From: Podarcis tiliguerta
Taxonomy: Eukaryota
Length of the DNA: 64,000 nucleotides
Assembly (NCBI GenBank): GCA_965153285.1
Contig: OZ229110.1
Strand: one strand, 5' to 3'
A program made the position numbers and the translations under genes. The notes below the pieces were generated by a model, which saw nothing but the letters and a program-made list of their open reading frames with translations, had not been told where the DNA came from and searched no databases. Below, piece after piece: positions 1 to 14,204 of this stretch; the stretch's first letter is position 1; each line of letters opens with the position of its first letter.

Positions 1-608
1 GAACCAAGGCAGTGGCTGATAATAAATGCTGTAAACAAAAGGGAGCCCATTAGGATGCACAGTGTTAAAGAAATAATTAGCCAACTTTGTCGAAGTGAGC
101 TAATTAAAGCCCCAGAGGAAAGGAACACAATGCCCTCTGAAGGCATTATTAGGGAGACAACATAATAGCGCTGTGATTGTTTTAAAAAGGAAGAATTTCT
201 TCCGCTGCTTTGGCATCTTAGCTGTTAACTGTGTACGAAGTTTGTCTCAAGAAGCTGCTGAGTTTGAAGATGTGGGGAGGAGGGTGGACTTGCCACTGGG
301 AGCCGCATTTGTGCTTCTTGAAAGGAGGGGTGTCTTGTTTCCCTCTTCAGACACGGCATATTTTAACAGCTCCTCCCACTAGCATTGGGGGGAAGGGGGA
401 GATGGCTGCACACATGCATAGCTTTCTGTGGTACCAATCCCACAGGGCCAATCCTGACCCCTCACCAAGGAACCAGACGCAGCAACCTCAGGCTAGCAGT
501 TCAAAAACCCTATTTCTCACAATCCAATTGGTGCGCAGTTTGCAGCTGGGTCTCAAAATGTGGAGGATAGCACAGATTTGATAGAAGAAGCTGAATAAAT
601 TGACTTTT

Positions 609-628
609 CACACACACACACACACACA
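609..628. repeat. (CA)10 microsatellite
   Basis: Direct reading. Confidence 0.95.
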
Positions 629-1767
629 CCCTTTTTTTTTCTTAGTGTGCCTGAAGCGGTGGCAGATTAAAGGGCCTCTGTGTTCTTCAGCAGAAAAGAC
701 CAAAAGGTTCTTCTCTTACAGCTGCCAAGAGAAATTTGGGGGTTGGGGGTGGGAGAAAGAGAGCACTCTATTGAAGGAGCTATGGCCAGTCCAGGCCCTG
801 TCTCCGTGCCACAGCTATTATAAATTTGTTTCTCACAAAGGCCCCTGCAAAGTAATGCTCCACAGAATTTTGTAATGGTAGGGTAAAAGTTTCCATCTCT
901 CTCTCTCTTTGACGTTGTATTTGTTTTGGACCCATGGAATAAATTTCAAGGTTTGCTTCTTGAAGCAGAGTGAACTTTCCCCACTTCCCGAATATATAGA
1001 GGAAGCTATTCAGAGCTAGGCTACTCTGATCCAAGTGAATTCTCAGGTTTTGTGGGAATCCAGTTTTGTTTGTTTAAGAGGGAGGGGCAAAGGCAAGGGG
1101 AACGGCTGCCGTTTGCTCTTGGATGCTGAGGTTTTCTGTCTTGGAACATAGTGCAGCTTTCCCTGACCTGGCGCCCTCCAGAGGTGTAGAACTACAATTC
1201 CCAGCAGTCTTACCTAGCACAATACTACTGGCTGGACTGGTGAAGCCATAGTCACAACCATTTGGAGGACATCAGGTTGGCATTGACAGGTTTGCTTGGC
1301 CCAGCTCAGCCTTCTCTTGTAGAGCTTGTCCATTCTGGCCTCAACTTTCCAGATACTGAGTGATAAATACACAGTTGTTACTCATTTGTTGCCAGAGATC
1401 CAAAGTTCCCCCTACTACCTTCTCAGCTTGTCCATCTGTTATGTGGACGCTGCAGTATATTGTCTTTGGAACAGTGCAAGGCTCTTTCTCTCCTCTCTTG
1501 CCTCTCTCTCCAGCTAGTATTTCCATACCTTATGGGTTCAGCTAGCTCATAGCATGTGACATCTGTACAGTGATTATGCAAATACTATGGGCACCTATTT
1601 GCAGATCTGATGAGTCACACACACACCACCACGACTTTGAAGGGGTGTATGTGTGTGTGTTTATTCTCACAAGGATTCCCGGTCAGAAGAGAAACCCAAG
1701 CAAACATCAGCAGAACCACATCCCTGCAATGCATCTCATTTTTAAAAGACAATAGCAGCTTATCCTG

Positions 1768-1770
<3 letters not shown>

Positions 1771-1808
<38 letters not shown>
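1771..1808. repeat. (AC)19 microsatellite
   Basis: Direct reading. Confidence 0.95.
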
Positions 1809-1810
<2 letters not shown>

Positions 1811-4800
1811 CTGGTGGTCTTCTTTGCACCAAGGCTACCTTCCCCCTGCTTTGTTTCATGGAAACAGGATACTGAATTACACCAGTGCTGAATCCATGAT
1901 GGCACTACTCCCCCACCCCCACCCTGTTGTCCTAAAGAATGACACTTTAGATCTTTTCTCTTGTGCCAATAGCAAATGGGTTTCACAGGCATACTATAAG
2001 GCAGGAAAAGTGAAGGGACGCACAGATAGTTTGATTCCTGGAACTTCTCTGGCCTCTGGGAAGTGCCAGACAATTCACCCAGGCTTCACACTTTGTTCTT
2101 TGCCTGTGTGGTCGATAATGAAATGCGCTCCATAGGCCAATGGCTCAAGTCCCTGTCCCCACCGCAGACTATGAGGTGGACTGGAGAGAGCTGCTGTTGC
2201 TTTCAAACATTTGCTGCAGTTGGCCTTCTTCATAGCTCTAAGACTCACCCTTGCAGCAACCAGCATAAACAGTTGATGGTCCTACAGCCCACACACCCAG
2301 TGAGCAAGGGCAAGAAGTCAGTTATTTTTATTAACTGATATAACCTGCAGCTGTAAGCTTGGTATGTGGGTTAAAGGGAAGGCATGAGTGGTTCCAGCAC
2401 GGTTTTCTCTCTCTCTGTTAATTTGCTCCATGGCAGCATTGTAGCCCACTTTCCACTGGAACAACAGGGGCAATAAGGGCTTCCTTGACACAACTGGATT
2501 AGTCTGTTAATGGTACAAATGGCATCCTGGCAGTGTCTGCTGAAAGCCGGCGTAGGAGTTCATAAAGCTTATTTTGCTTGGAGGTAGCCGTGTGTGGGAA
2601 TCTACGATTGTGCTCCTTCCACTCCAGAGCATTTCTAAAGTCATCTAATGTACAGAGTGTCTCTGAAATAAAAATCAATAGAAACTTTTGCATCCAAAAA
2701 TGGGGCTACTTTGTCCCCTGGAGGGTTTATTTCTGCACACTGCTCAAAAATGACAGGGCCTTCAACAAAAGAACCATTTCTGCTTCTCCTAACATTTCTG
2801 CTTATCGAACGACATGCTTTTAAGCTGGACCTACTTCTGCCTTGATATAATGTCAAAGACACCTTCTATCTAGGCCTCTGTATTTCTTCTGCCAGCAGGC
2901 CACTGAAATCAGGGGCACCAAAAGCTCAGGAGGAGCAGAGGTCAAAGACAAGGTGTCAGTGCAAAGGACCCAGCCTGTGACCTTATCCATCAGTGGCTTC
3001 TTGCTGAGAGTTCAAAAGGTTTCAACATCAAGGGCAGGCCCATGGCTAATTTCAGTCATAAAGCATTTCTCCTAGCAGGAAGGGCTCATTGGTATTCACC
3101 TGTGGTGTAAGGAATAAGGATAGGCTATTGCTAGAAACTTGCTAGAACATACACCCTGAGGATACGGCTCACAATTGAGAGACACAGTCAGGATTAGAAC
3201 TGCTCCTTGCAACATTAATGATGCATTGATTCAGAATGCCTTGCCTGGCAACCTCTTGTATGCTGGCTGTGAGTTCCTTGGCAGGAGAATAGAATACAGC
3301 TTTAACAAATAGAAATATTGATATTAGCATGAAAATTACCTGACCTATGTCATTTTGAGTTTTGTCTCAATAATGTTTCAGAAAACTAAATTCTGCAGAC
3401 TTCCGGGTCTATTTTTATCTTATTTTGATAGATACCAAGTTAACCAGGGTTTTACATATAGTCCTTTTGAGATTTTTGTACTACAGTTAATTCTAAACAG
3501 ACCTTCCCCAACATGGTAATATTTTGTACCATAGCTCCCATCAGTCATAGCCAGCATGGCCATGGTAGTTGGGGCTGATGGGAATTGTAGTCAAAAACTT
3601 CTGGAAAGCACTAGATATGGGGAAAGATGGTTGACAAAATCATATGAGATGTGCTCTAGTTGCAGAAAAATGAACTGCAAACATTTGAATTGGGCAGAAT
3701 CTAACCACCAGAGGGCAGTAGTGTGCTCATGCTAGACTAAAAAAAGCAATAATTTTGTTTGTTTTTTAAATTTTTAAATAAGAAGAACACCGTTTAATTT
3801 TAAAAAGAAAATTCTGTCCAGCCAGTTTTATCAATGAGATGAGATTTGTAAAGAACCTGACACATTAAGGCTGCAGTTCTAGACATACTTTCTAGGGAGT
3901 CAGAGCTTACTGAGCACAGTGGCACTTGTTCTGAGTAAGATTACCCTGCAAGTATTAAAAAATACATACTAATTCCAGTCCCACCTTGTTTGAAAGCAGA
4001 TGCCCTGCATACCACATACTGCATACTTGTTGAGGAAGGGAAAGGTGCTCTAAATGTATGGTGTAGGAGCAGCCAGAGAGATATTGAGCTGTATTCACAA
4101 TAGCACTAAAGAGAACGTTCTATCAGTGCAAGGATTTCTCCTTGTATGACCAAACATTCTCCGCTCCTCCCCCCCTTGTGTGCCCCCCTAAACCTGTGAC
4201 CATTTCCCCAAGCTTCTGGAGCAGATCTGGAGATGGCACAGGGCACACATGGTGCGGGGAGAAGAGAGGGAGACACCCTGTTGTGCTAGTGCTAATCCTT
4301 GTACAAATGCAACTGTTTAGCTTCATCCTGCCAAAATCACACCCACATGAGCAGAGCCAGTTGCCATAAGAGCTGTTACCTGCTGAAGCAAATGGCAAGG
4401 GGGTATATCTTCCACCCAGCTTTTGAATGTGTACACACATCAGTGTTTGGGTATCTGAGCTTCCCTCCTACCTCAAAGTGACTCAGAAAGCCACAGTCTC
4501 TTTGGTGACTGGCAATGCTTGCTTTGCGTTTGCAGGTGCTCCACAGTGTGTGTTCCCTTGACTATTTTCCCAGCATGCATCTGGGACAGGTCTGTTAAAC
4601 GGAATCATTCTAAAATGGAGAAAAGCTTCACTGTTTCTGTCATATGTGGAACATATGTCTGACCTCGTTGATAGCCTTGCACAGAATAGTTTTACTGAGA
4701 GAAAAAGCTACCTGCAAAGCTTCCTTTCTGCTGAGGGGAAATCTGGTTAGTTTTATAATCTGTTGGAGAAAGGGCCTACAACTGCTTGGAGGCTGAACCG

Positions 4801-5433
4801 AAGGAAGCCTCTTGCCTCTTTAAGCCCTTCTGAGGAAACAGAACTGGTTTTGCCACAAGAAGCCCCACAGACCCACATACTAATCTTGGCTGTTAATAAG
4901 CTTTCACTGTTTCATTTTTATTATTTCCCAGAGAGAGGCTTAGGAATTACTTCAGCCTACTCCACAAGCAGCACAGTGAAATAATGTGTGTATTTCCCTC
5001 TTTCCTTATTTATTACATAAAGGTGAGCTGCAGACTAATCCATCTCTATTGTGAGAGACAAACCCAGAATTGGATTAATGTAATCCTTTAAAAAAGAAGG
5101 GAGACCCAGGAGGGCATTTTGCCGCCCTGCATGTGCCAATCTCTTTTAGTAAGTGGAGGTTTGGGGGGGGAATTGCCCAAGGAGCTTGTAGGGTAGGTGG
5201 GGCTCAGGAGGCTGCAAGCACTTACTGTGTCCATTCAATGAAGGCAGCTCACTTTTGACCACATTCTGCTATCTTTTTGTTACCAAATGATTATGCTATT
5301 ACAGCTTCTTTTCTTCGGCTCGCTAGAGCTGATTGCTGGATTCGTGAGGAAATGTCACATTCTTACTTCACCTTAACTCCTGTCAACTGCAGTTGTGTTG
5401 AATTCTCCTTGTTGAATTTCATCATCATCAATA

Positions 5434-5621
5434 ATTTTATTATTTATACCCTGCCCATCTGGCTGGGTTTCCCCAGCTACTTTGGGTGGCTCCCTACAGA
5501 ACACTAAAAACAGAATAAAACTTCAAACATTAAAAACTTCCCTAAACAGGGCTGCCTTCAGATGTCTTCTAAAAGTCAGATAGTTGTTTATTTCCTTGAC
5601 ATCTGATGGGAGGGCACTCCA
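5434..5621 (-). mobile_element. L2-clade LINE 3' end
   Basis: Minus strand encodes ALPSDVKEINNYLTFRRHLKAALFREVF (L2 ORF2 C-terminus) followed by a 3' UTR and (TAA)n-type tail. Confidence 0.8.
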
Positions 5622-8239
5622 TGCTAATAGTCATCACCAACCACATTCTGTCTATACCGTGGCATCGTAGTCCTCATGACTGCAAATAACATGAATATGT
5701 GTTGGCCAAAACTTCTAGCAACGAACAAGTTGCTCAGCTTGCAGTTAACCAGCAAAATAGGAAGCCTTTTTATTTTAGAAATCTATGTCCATTTTTTGTT
5801 TGTAAAAACCCCCAGTGGCTCACAGTAAAACATATTATTAATAGCAGGTGTTCAGTGTGTGGCCTTGCAGTGAATCTCTGTGAGCAAGCTGTGTTTCTCC
5901 GCATTCATAAAGTAGGGTTATCAATATTTACTTGACGTATAAGTTTTATAACAAACTGCTTAGAGTTCTATTGGCACAGAAGAATCCATAGAATGAAGTT
6001 TCTGAAAACTGAGCCCCCTGTGCCCAGAGTGGCTGATGCATCTCTTGAATACCCACCCACTAAAGAAAGCAGCGATGCTGCTAGTGACACAACAAAGTGG
6101 AATTCCACAAAGGATGTTTATGTGATTAGACAACTGCTGTGTGAGTGGGCAGAGGAAGCACTGAATGGAAGGGATGGGTTACTAGGGCCCTTTACAAGCT
6201 GCTATCAATTATCACCCAGCCAATCAATAAGCCACTCTTCAGAGCCCAATGGTTACTGAGCAAATCTGTTTTAAACGCAAAGCTGAAAAGGGGAGACGGT
6301 GAAAGTGAGCAAAATATCGAACTATCCTGCTCTCCTGTTTGTTTTTTTAAAGCTAGAATGAACGTCTGTAACACAGTTGGCTTCATTATGGCAGATCTCC
6401 AGATGTCACAATCAGACGGCAGTGCTATTGCTAATTCTAAGCAGGGTATATCCACCCACCTTTTATTCTCTTCCTACTTGTGTGGAGTCGAGGTGGGCTG
6501 CAACTTGCTCTAATTTTTACGTTATCTCAGCTGCGCGGCAGGAACTGCAATAGCATTGTTTTCCTCCTTGTGCCACTGAGGTTGTGTGAAAGTCCTGGAT
6601 TATGCTGGAGGAGCCAAGTAGCTAGTGCCAGCTCTGGGTTTGAGTGTGCCCTGGACACACACATATTGCTGAGCTGATGCATGAAAGAGCAGCAAACCTA
6701 ACTTTTTAAAAATTACTTTATTTTTGTGTTATGTGTGTTTGGGAGAGGTGCTTGTGTGATTCTTTGCCTCAGGTACCAGAATAACTTGGCAAAATAACCT
6801 TGGTTTGTGTGTGGGAGGGGACACTTAACTGCGCCACCTCACCGCGGGCAGAATAATGGATCAGACCACCCTTGCAAATAGACCCAGGTAAGTTGGACTA
6901 GCATGGGTTGTGAAGGGCTTTGGTGTGTATATTATGAAGTAATGGGCCTGCTCAGCTTTGCTAAGTGAAGATCTATGACTAACTGGAGCCTCAAGTGTCT
7001 GACTGGCATGTCTGTGTATAATAAAAACATTAGGCACTAATTCTCCTCAGCATTTCCTTTGAGCTTCTGGGGAGAAGTTGTGGCAAGAGATCTCAGTAAT
7101 CATGAATTCTGATATTGTTTTGAGCCATTGAGACCTAAATCTATATTACTTTGGGGGATCCCAATGACTATGTCGTCTTGGTGGGCTCCTGCGCAAGGGT
7201 CCATGAGCCACAGTGTGCCAACTGCAGCTGGGTGTGAATGGCATTTGTGTCACAGTCAGCCACAGCCTCAGCACTCGAGAGGGGCAACTTGAGGTGCCTG
7301 GTTCCTCATAGCCCATCTTTCATACCAGATCACTTTTCCTTCCTGCCCTTTTTCATTTCCCCCAAATGTATAAATATTCAGGAGCATGTGCGTAACTGCC
7401 ATGCATGTTTGTCCTCAGACCTGTGATGGTATTCAGAATGCTGTTTTATTAAAGGCAAAGGGTTTTGTTGCCCTGGAACTCGGCCTGTCTCAGTGCCAAA
7501 GTGGAAATTGCAAAATGGGGCATTTCCATATTAATCCCCATCCCTACCCAAGACCTTTTGTCATATCAGTTCCCAGGCAGCATGTATTTGGCCTGCACAT
7601 AAGAGGCGGGCAGTCCCTTGCTTGCTTCTGAAGAGATGTCTGAACTAAGTGGAAGTCGGCTCAGAAATAATAGTATTAGCTGTGGCTGCCATCAAAGGCT
7701 TTTTGTTCCTTGTCCTGGCTGGATGATGCTATAATAATCTCTGCTGCCTGCGTGTGTGAAGATTTCTCTCTTAGAGGTTTGATCACACACTTGAGACAGA
7801 GAGGGAGGACACAGAGCAATATTTGGGAGAAGGCTCACGGCGTGTAGCCAAGAGCCATGCTGAGAAGCAGAGACTATAGGAGCCATTTTGCTTCCAGATA
7901 AGTGCAGGGATGTGTCGTGTATCAAGAGACCTTGAGCTTGTGGCAAAGGGCATGGCAATACCGCTATTCCACCAGCATATGGCAACTGACTCAGGGTGAG
8001 CTCATCATCTTCACAAAGTGGGGAGTGTGGCATTGTCTCTGTTATTCAGATGTCAGGTCTGAGGAAAATGGAGTAAGATGCTTGATCAACGTCGTGCCAC
8101 ATGTTGGCATAAATTGGGTGGCAGCCACTGAGAATCTTGGTTCTGGCAGGCCCTTGATCATTCCAGTCTCGGGCTCATCCTAAGATAATAACATTCTTGT
8201 GCAGTTCATCCTCAGAAACAGCTGCTTTTATGTGGAATG

Positions 8240-8395
8240 CAGAAAACTGCCCTACACTAGGTCAGACCATTGGTCCATCTGGTTCTCCAGGGTTTCAAAC
8301 AGGAGTCTTTCCCAGATTTACCTAGAAATGTCAGAGATTGAACCCATGGCCTCCTGTATGCAGTGTGTATGCTTCCACCTTGGAGCTAGCACTCC
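8240..8395 (-). mobile_element. Squam3-type SINE, degenerate
   Basis: Reverse-complement similarity to the 14641 copy (GTCAGACCATTGGTCCATCT; GATTGAACCC). Confidence 0.7.
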
Positions 8396-10040
8396 TCACC
8401 TCAGAGTTCTTCCACGTTCTTTGTGAGCAGCAGACCGCCGCCCTGCACACCCCATCTTCCCATGTTAGTAATACAGATCACCACTCTTTTACAATATATG
8501 CTTAAGGCTAACAGGAAGGTAGGAAGGCTTCGACAGAGATCTATTCCACGCTTAGCAGGTAAGTATGGTCCAACAGCCAGCAGATTGTTATAACTGCAGG
8601 TCTACCAGGAAACATTGCTGACTTTTGGACATGCTCAACCTTTCTGGGATAGTGAGAGAAGGCTCTATGGAGCCCTTCAATGGAGGGACAGAAGAAATTG
8701 TGTCTTCACATGGGCTCACCACCCAAGCCACAAAGCTCAAAATTTAGACTTGGAGTGAGATCAAATAGTCACTACTATGTGCTGGCTATGCGGTTCTGTT
8801 CATATGGATATCCTGCTACCTTTAGCCTCTGACTGCATGATAAGCCGAACATCTCTATGTACACCCACACCCAGATTTTTTTAGTAATTTAGGGACCATT
8901 CTCATGTTTGGGATGGAGATGAATGGCTGGCTAGTCAGAGCCAGTTGTAAAGTGCCCGGAATACAGATAAGTATTAATGTGCTTCCATTCTTAAGCTGGT
9001 GTGGGCTGCCCACAGGGAGGGTCTGGGGAAGAGGTGAGAGATACCCTACTGATCTCAAGCCTCAGAGGTGGTTTATGCTTCCTCTACTCTTCACTAGTTG
9101 CAGCTGGCTGAGAATTAATTCTGCCAGACTAGGAGTTTGACAAGGAGTCATTTATCACAGGCTAAGGCTTTTGTTTCCTCCTTTGAGTACCCTAATTGGC
9201 TGAGTAATTCGTCTCTGTATAATGAGGACTGGATGGCACAACCTGATTGGGGCAGGCCTGAGTCATTTCCTGCCTGCCTCCTCATGCAAATAGGCCCCAA
9301 AGAGTCAGAGGGCACCCCATAATATCTCCTCTTCTCTTGCACACTTTCCACATACATTCTCCAAGTCTTTTTTCCTGATTTTTTAAATTTTTTTTCAATG
9401 GTGTCTTTTATGTATCAGTGCTACATGTGTGCACCTATATGTTGTCTCTTGTCTTCAGAATGGATATTGTTCATTTTCCACGGTGAGTCACATTCTGCCG
9501 TGTTATATTCTCTTTGCTCTTGTCCTGAAGCCACCCTGGGATCTCTTCACATTTTGAAGCACCTCCGCTCTGTTTGTCCCTGAAGTTCAGAAACTAGATT
9601 TTAGATTCTTTGTGAGATAGGATCAGGTATGAGCTGTGTCCTGGTGAGAAAGTGGAGACAGTCTTGCAAGATAGGAAGCAGCGCCAGTCAGTTAACACCA
9701 TCCTGCTTGTAACACACCACTTGGGAGTGTTATTACATGCACTCAGTAAAGCGGAAGATATCCGGGGGGTTTTAATCAAGGGTATATCCTAGCCAGCAAT
9801 AGTCTACTCACTGGAAATGTAAGAACTGCATAAGAAATAGCTTTAAAACCCAACTATAAACATTTGGAAGTCAGTTCCATTGTTTCAAGGAGACATTTAC
9901 TTCCAAATAATTAAACTTAGGATCACAGATTTTGCATGTTCATTCAAAACACAAGGTTTTGCATGTGTATTCAGAAGCAAGTCCCATTGATTTTATGGAA
10001 ATACTCTGTGTTGACTCTAAACATACCTTGCCTCTCCATG

Positions 10041-10170
10041 TAGTAGTAGTAGTAGTAATAATAATAATAATAATAATAATAATATACCCCGCACATCTGG
10101 CTGGGTTTCCCCAACCACAATAAAACCAAAATAAAACATCAAACATTAAAAACTTCCCTAAACAGGGCTG
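10041..10170 (-). mobile_element. L2 3' fragment with (TAG)5(TAA)9 tail
   Basis: Shares ATCTGGCTGGGTTTCCCC and AAACATTAAAAACTTCCCTAAACAGGGCTG with the 5434 copy. Confidence 0.75.
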
Positions 10171-10369
10171 TTGAATTTGGAGTGGGGAGGTGAGGTCAGT
10201 TTCATGTCATAGGCATAAAAAAGAAACTGCAAATACTACTTATCCTTTGACTAGTGTGCGATTCCATTTGTTATATCTCACTCATCCTCCCAAGAAATTC
10301 ATTTGATGCAGAATCTGTGGGAGGTCCTGATAGGGTTCTAACCAAATGCACATGAGGTACTACTAACCT

Positions 10370-10593
10370 GGGTGGGCTACTAGCCACAATGGCTATGCTC
10401 CTCCTCTACTGTTAGAGGCAGCCTGCCTCTTAAATACCACTTGCTGGGAATTATAGGTGGGCAGAGTGCTATTGCACGCAGGTCCTGCTTGGGTGCTTCC
10501 CAACAGGCAGCTTGGTTGACCTCTGAGATCAGGTTGCTGGACTAGATGGGCCATTCTCCTGAGCCAACAGGGTTCTTCCTATATGTTCTTATG
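10370..10593 (+). mobile_element. CR1-type LINE 3' end
   Basis: ...GCTGGACTAGATGGGCCATTCTCCTGAGCCAACAGGGTTCTTCCTATATGTTCTTATG resembles squamate CR1 3' UTR and tail. Confidence 0.65.
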
Positions 10594-10937
10594 GTAAAGG
10601 TGCTCAACATGATTTTTTCCTCCTCCTCTTTGTTTGCAACTTCCCTGTCCCTACACTGTGGACTGAGGTAATTTCAATTAATTGCAAGATTCTACTTTGG
10701 AGGAGAATGATGATTTCCGTATGACATTAATGCATGAACTCCTACACCGGGTGCTGAGGTGACTTCCATGAAGCCAAACAATTTAGTGCTGCAGATAATT
10801 GATCCTGTCAAGCAGAGAGCATGTTGCGCTGGCAATAGCTAATAATAGAAATGACATTAGTACTTTCCGTTTTGTTCTCTCACCTTGGCCCTTTATGGGA
10901 TTCATCCCACTTGGTGCTGAATTTGCTGTTGTTGCTT

Positions 10938-10964
10938 CTCCTCCTCCTCCTCCTCCTCCTCCTC
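10938..10964. repeat. (CTC)9 microsatellite forming the polypyrimidine tract of exon ~3
   Basis: Direct reading; ends 11 nt before the exon start at 10976. Confidence 0.95.
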
Positions 10965-10975
10965 CCTTCTTACAG

Positions 10976-11086
10976 ACTGAAGAGCAAGGGGTTGATGGTT
11001 GGTTTTCAAAAAGACATGGCCTTGACAGAGCTGGAAGACCCCCAAAGCCAAACGTAACCAGACATGTTCTGCCCTGGAGCGAGCAG
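10976..11086 (+). CDS. B4GALNT4: B4GALNT4 exon ~3 (TEEQGVDGWF...PNVTRHVLPWSEQ)
   Basis: Long pyrimidine tract + tacag acceptor, CAG|gtaagc donor, 111 nt, phase 0/0. Its end resembles human PLNFTHQTPPWREE and joins in frame to [10 protein letters not shown]. Confidence 0.85.
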
Positions 11087-13428
11087 GTAAGCTGAACAAA
11101 GCACATTTTCAAGGAAGGGAGGTAATCTGGAGGGGCGGGGTGGTTTGCACAGGGGAAGTTTGGAAAATGATACTAATTGTGCAGTTACCAGCCGTGTGCA
11201 AAGGTGAAATCATTGGGCACAATTCTGATTAATAACCTTAATTAAGTCCCAGTGAAATGAATAACTCTGTAAGAGCAGTACTGACCCTCTTGCCCAGTTC
11301 CAGTTCATTTCAGTGATGCTTCAAGGAATAGTTTCACAATGGATTGTGGCCTTTCGCTTCACTCCTACTTTGTCCTCCAAAATAGTGCACCTACAAAGGA
11401 TGCTTTAAGCAGAGGCCATCTGTCTCAGGCCAGGAGATGTGAGTAGATGACCCATAAGGTCTACTTGTGCCATATGATTTTATGAAACCTAATAATAAAG
11501 CTCGAGATACCAGCCAGCAATTCCTCTCTTACAGTATTTGAACCCTTCTTGAACTGCACACTAATAACAACTGAACGCAGTTTTTAGATATTGATGCAGA
11601 GAAAATTACAGACACACATAATTAGACCAGGCATCCAAGGCAGATCAGAGGCCAGTGTGCATTCACTCCATCCTGCTCCATCACGTTTGGTCCAGCCCAT
11701 TTCACACTGATTTCCCAGCACTGTTTTACTTTTGTCAGTTCAGGGTAAAGCCCAGCCTGGATTGACTGACACCTGCGCCTGGGCATCTGCCTGCTTAATG
11801 CACTCATGCATTATTCAGCCATCATTCTGCCTGCCACCATAGAACTGTGGCAGGGAAGCTGTTGTTAGTGGGATGCACTGAGATGCCCGAGAGGGTAGGT
11901 GCTGAGTGATGCTTATGGGAGGAGGATGCAGTTTGATCACAGAGCCAGACCTGGGAGTTGCATCGCAAATGAGCAAATCCCACAGATCAGTAAGCACCAT
12001 CAGCAGCCAGGCAAAAGAAGTCTGGGACATGCTGTGGCACATAATGGGCTTTGTTCGTTGATTTGTCAAGTGGTTAGGTCTCATTATCTGCGAGGTTTCA
12101 CGGGAGGCTGGTCAGCATCCTCAGTAGCTTTGTGCAAAATAGCAACCCTGATGTACATGACACCTATTGAGTAGTCAATCCTAAAACGTTTAGCCTCTCT
12201 TTCCAAAGAAGGTTCCCTGATGGCTGTGGGGAAGATCTTTTACTACAGACTGGTGGTGCAATGCATACCAGTTGGGGGGCTGCATGGTGCCTTCTTCAGC
12301 TGCCCCATTGGAAGGGAAATCCCTCCCCCTCTCATGATATCCTTCCCAGCAGCTTCTGTTTTCTTCAGCTCCTGTGGATTAGTTAAGCACCATTGACTTC
12401 ACTAAAGTGGCACATCTGCACCAGCTGATGATCCAGCCCTCCATTTGAAGCGCACAACAATGCCCAGAGGGAGTAGCAGCTGAGATGTGCCAGATTTTGA
12501 TCCACAGACTTGAATCTAGGAAGCGGGGGTGGTCATTAATCACTGTTTGAATGAGGACTCTGTTGTGATTATGGAGAGGAAGATTAAGAGAGTATTGCTA
12601 TTAGAAGAGGAGCGAGCCCTTGTTAGCATCTCAGAAAGCTGTAGGCTCAGACGTTACTATAGAGAAGTTTGCATCTTATCCTCATAATGATGAACTGTTT
12701 ACTGTAGCCCCCCCCCCCCCCCGTACATCTCTGGTGTTGACACTGCATGAGATGCCAGAATTTTTGGAGTCCAGTGTTAGCAGTCCCATGCTGTATAGGG
12801 AAAGTTTGTGGTTGCCGCAGAATTTCTTTGCCAGGAGTATAGAGCAAGGTTGGAAAAGGGCTCTCCGGCCATAGCTAGCTCTGTATACTGACTGGGCTTA
12901 GAATACCCGAGAAACCCCTATCCTGTATGATGTTCCACATTCACCACAGTCATCTAGAGAGAAAACACTTTGTTACCTTTGATTTCTACAAGAAACAGGG
13001 CTTTCTCCGAGTTGACACCAAACCTCTGGAACTTCTTCATTTACAGACTATAAGTAATGCTATGATTTTTTTTTTAGTTCAAGCCCAGGCTGTCGCGAAT
13101 CCTTGCGGCGTTTTTTTTAGCAGAAACGCTCTGAGTCCCAGGTTTTTCCAGTGCAGTCTTTTTAATGTGAGTTATATACAGGTATATACAAAAACAGTCC
13201 ATACAGAGTACCTGCTCCTTAAGGAAAACGAATACTCTCCACCACAGCACCACCATACCACAGCACAACAACCACACCCACTGTTAAACAGGCTTTCCTT
13301 TTAAAACAGGTGATAGCCAATCACATTAACCCCATTACTGCTGAGTCACTCTGACCCAGCACTTTACAGAGTATTGCATCAGCCTGTTGAAGCCTGCAGA
13401 CTTACTCAGTATCCTGCGAATCCCAACA

Positions 13429-13557
13429 CAGGCTTCCCCAACCAGGTGCCCTCCAGATGCTGTTGGACTACATTCTTGACCATTGGACGTGCTGGCTTGG
13501 GCTGATGGGAGTTGTAGTCTTAACAACATCCGGAGGGCACCAGGTTGGGGAAGGCTG
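13429..13557. mobile_element. Palindromic hAT-derived MITE (common squamate family)
   Basis: CTTCCCCAACCAGGTGCCCTCCAGATG ... CATCCGGAGGGCACCAGGTTGGGGAAG long inverted repeat. Older copies at about 1154-1281, 3498-3630, 18200-18320, 37735-37855 and 43953-44030. Confidence 0.8.
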
Positions 13558-14204
13558 ATCAAGACCTTTGTACTTCACCAGGCACATACTTGAGGAAACT
13601 GACTCATTTAAGATGACTTGATTATATTGTTCCATAAGTTAGAAATTTAAATGTTTTAGTTGTTGTGGGATTATGTATGCTTTATTGTTGTGAATTGCCA
13701 TGGAAGGTTATTATGGGGTAGGATAGAAACCTACAATTTTAAAATGGTAGAACTATAGGCCTGTTACAGGAACTGAAGAGTTTTGACTCACATGGTCCCT
13801 CCTTAAGAGGCTGGAGTATGACCTTGCTCTGTATCTCTCAGGTGGATATCTGTAAATGGATGCCTAAACAGTTGCTGCTGGGTTACCGATACCTGCAGAT
13901 GGTGCTGTGAAGTAGCCCATACCAAAATTGTGGCTTATCTGTGCCACCACAATTGTGCTAGATGGTTTGAAACATAGTCTACACAGTAAGGAGCCATTCC
14001 TGATCTCAGCATTTGCTATTCATGTCAGGCTTGAAACATCAAATGACACATGCATATGTGACTGTCTAGTCCTACTGGTAGAAAGGACTGAGCCACCTCA
14101 GAAGGCACACAAGAGATCATTTATTCGACAATGCTCCTGTATTAAATTCTCCTTGTGTTTGTAAAAACAGAGAAGGTTTCTAGCATTAGCCTTCCCCTGA
14201 CATA

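Noticed and set aside
1-10975. B4GALNT4 exons 1-2 (transmembrane anchor)
   Set aside because: Candidate acceptors (~350, 1513, 2895, 4535, 7897) and strong donors (~6888, ~8559) give in-frame stops in the required phases and no homologous peptide; these exons are probably upstream of the window.
10851-11057. Poly-Leu ORF resembling a signal or transmembrane segment
   Set aside because: The Leu run is the (CTC)9 intronic microsatellite read in another frame.
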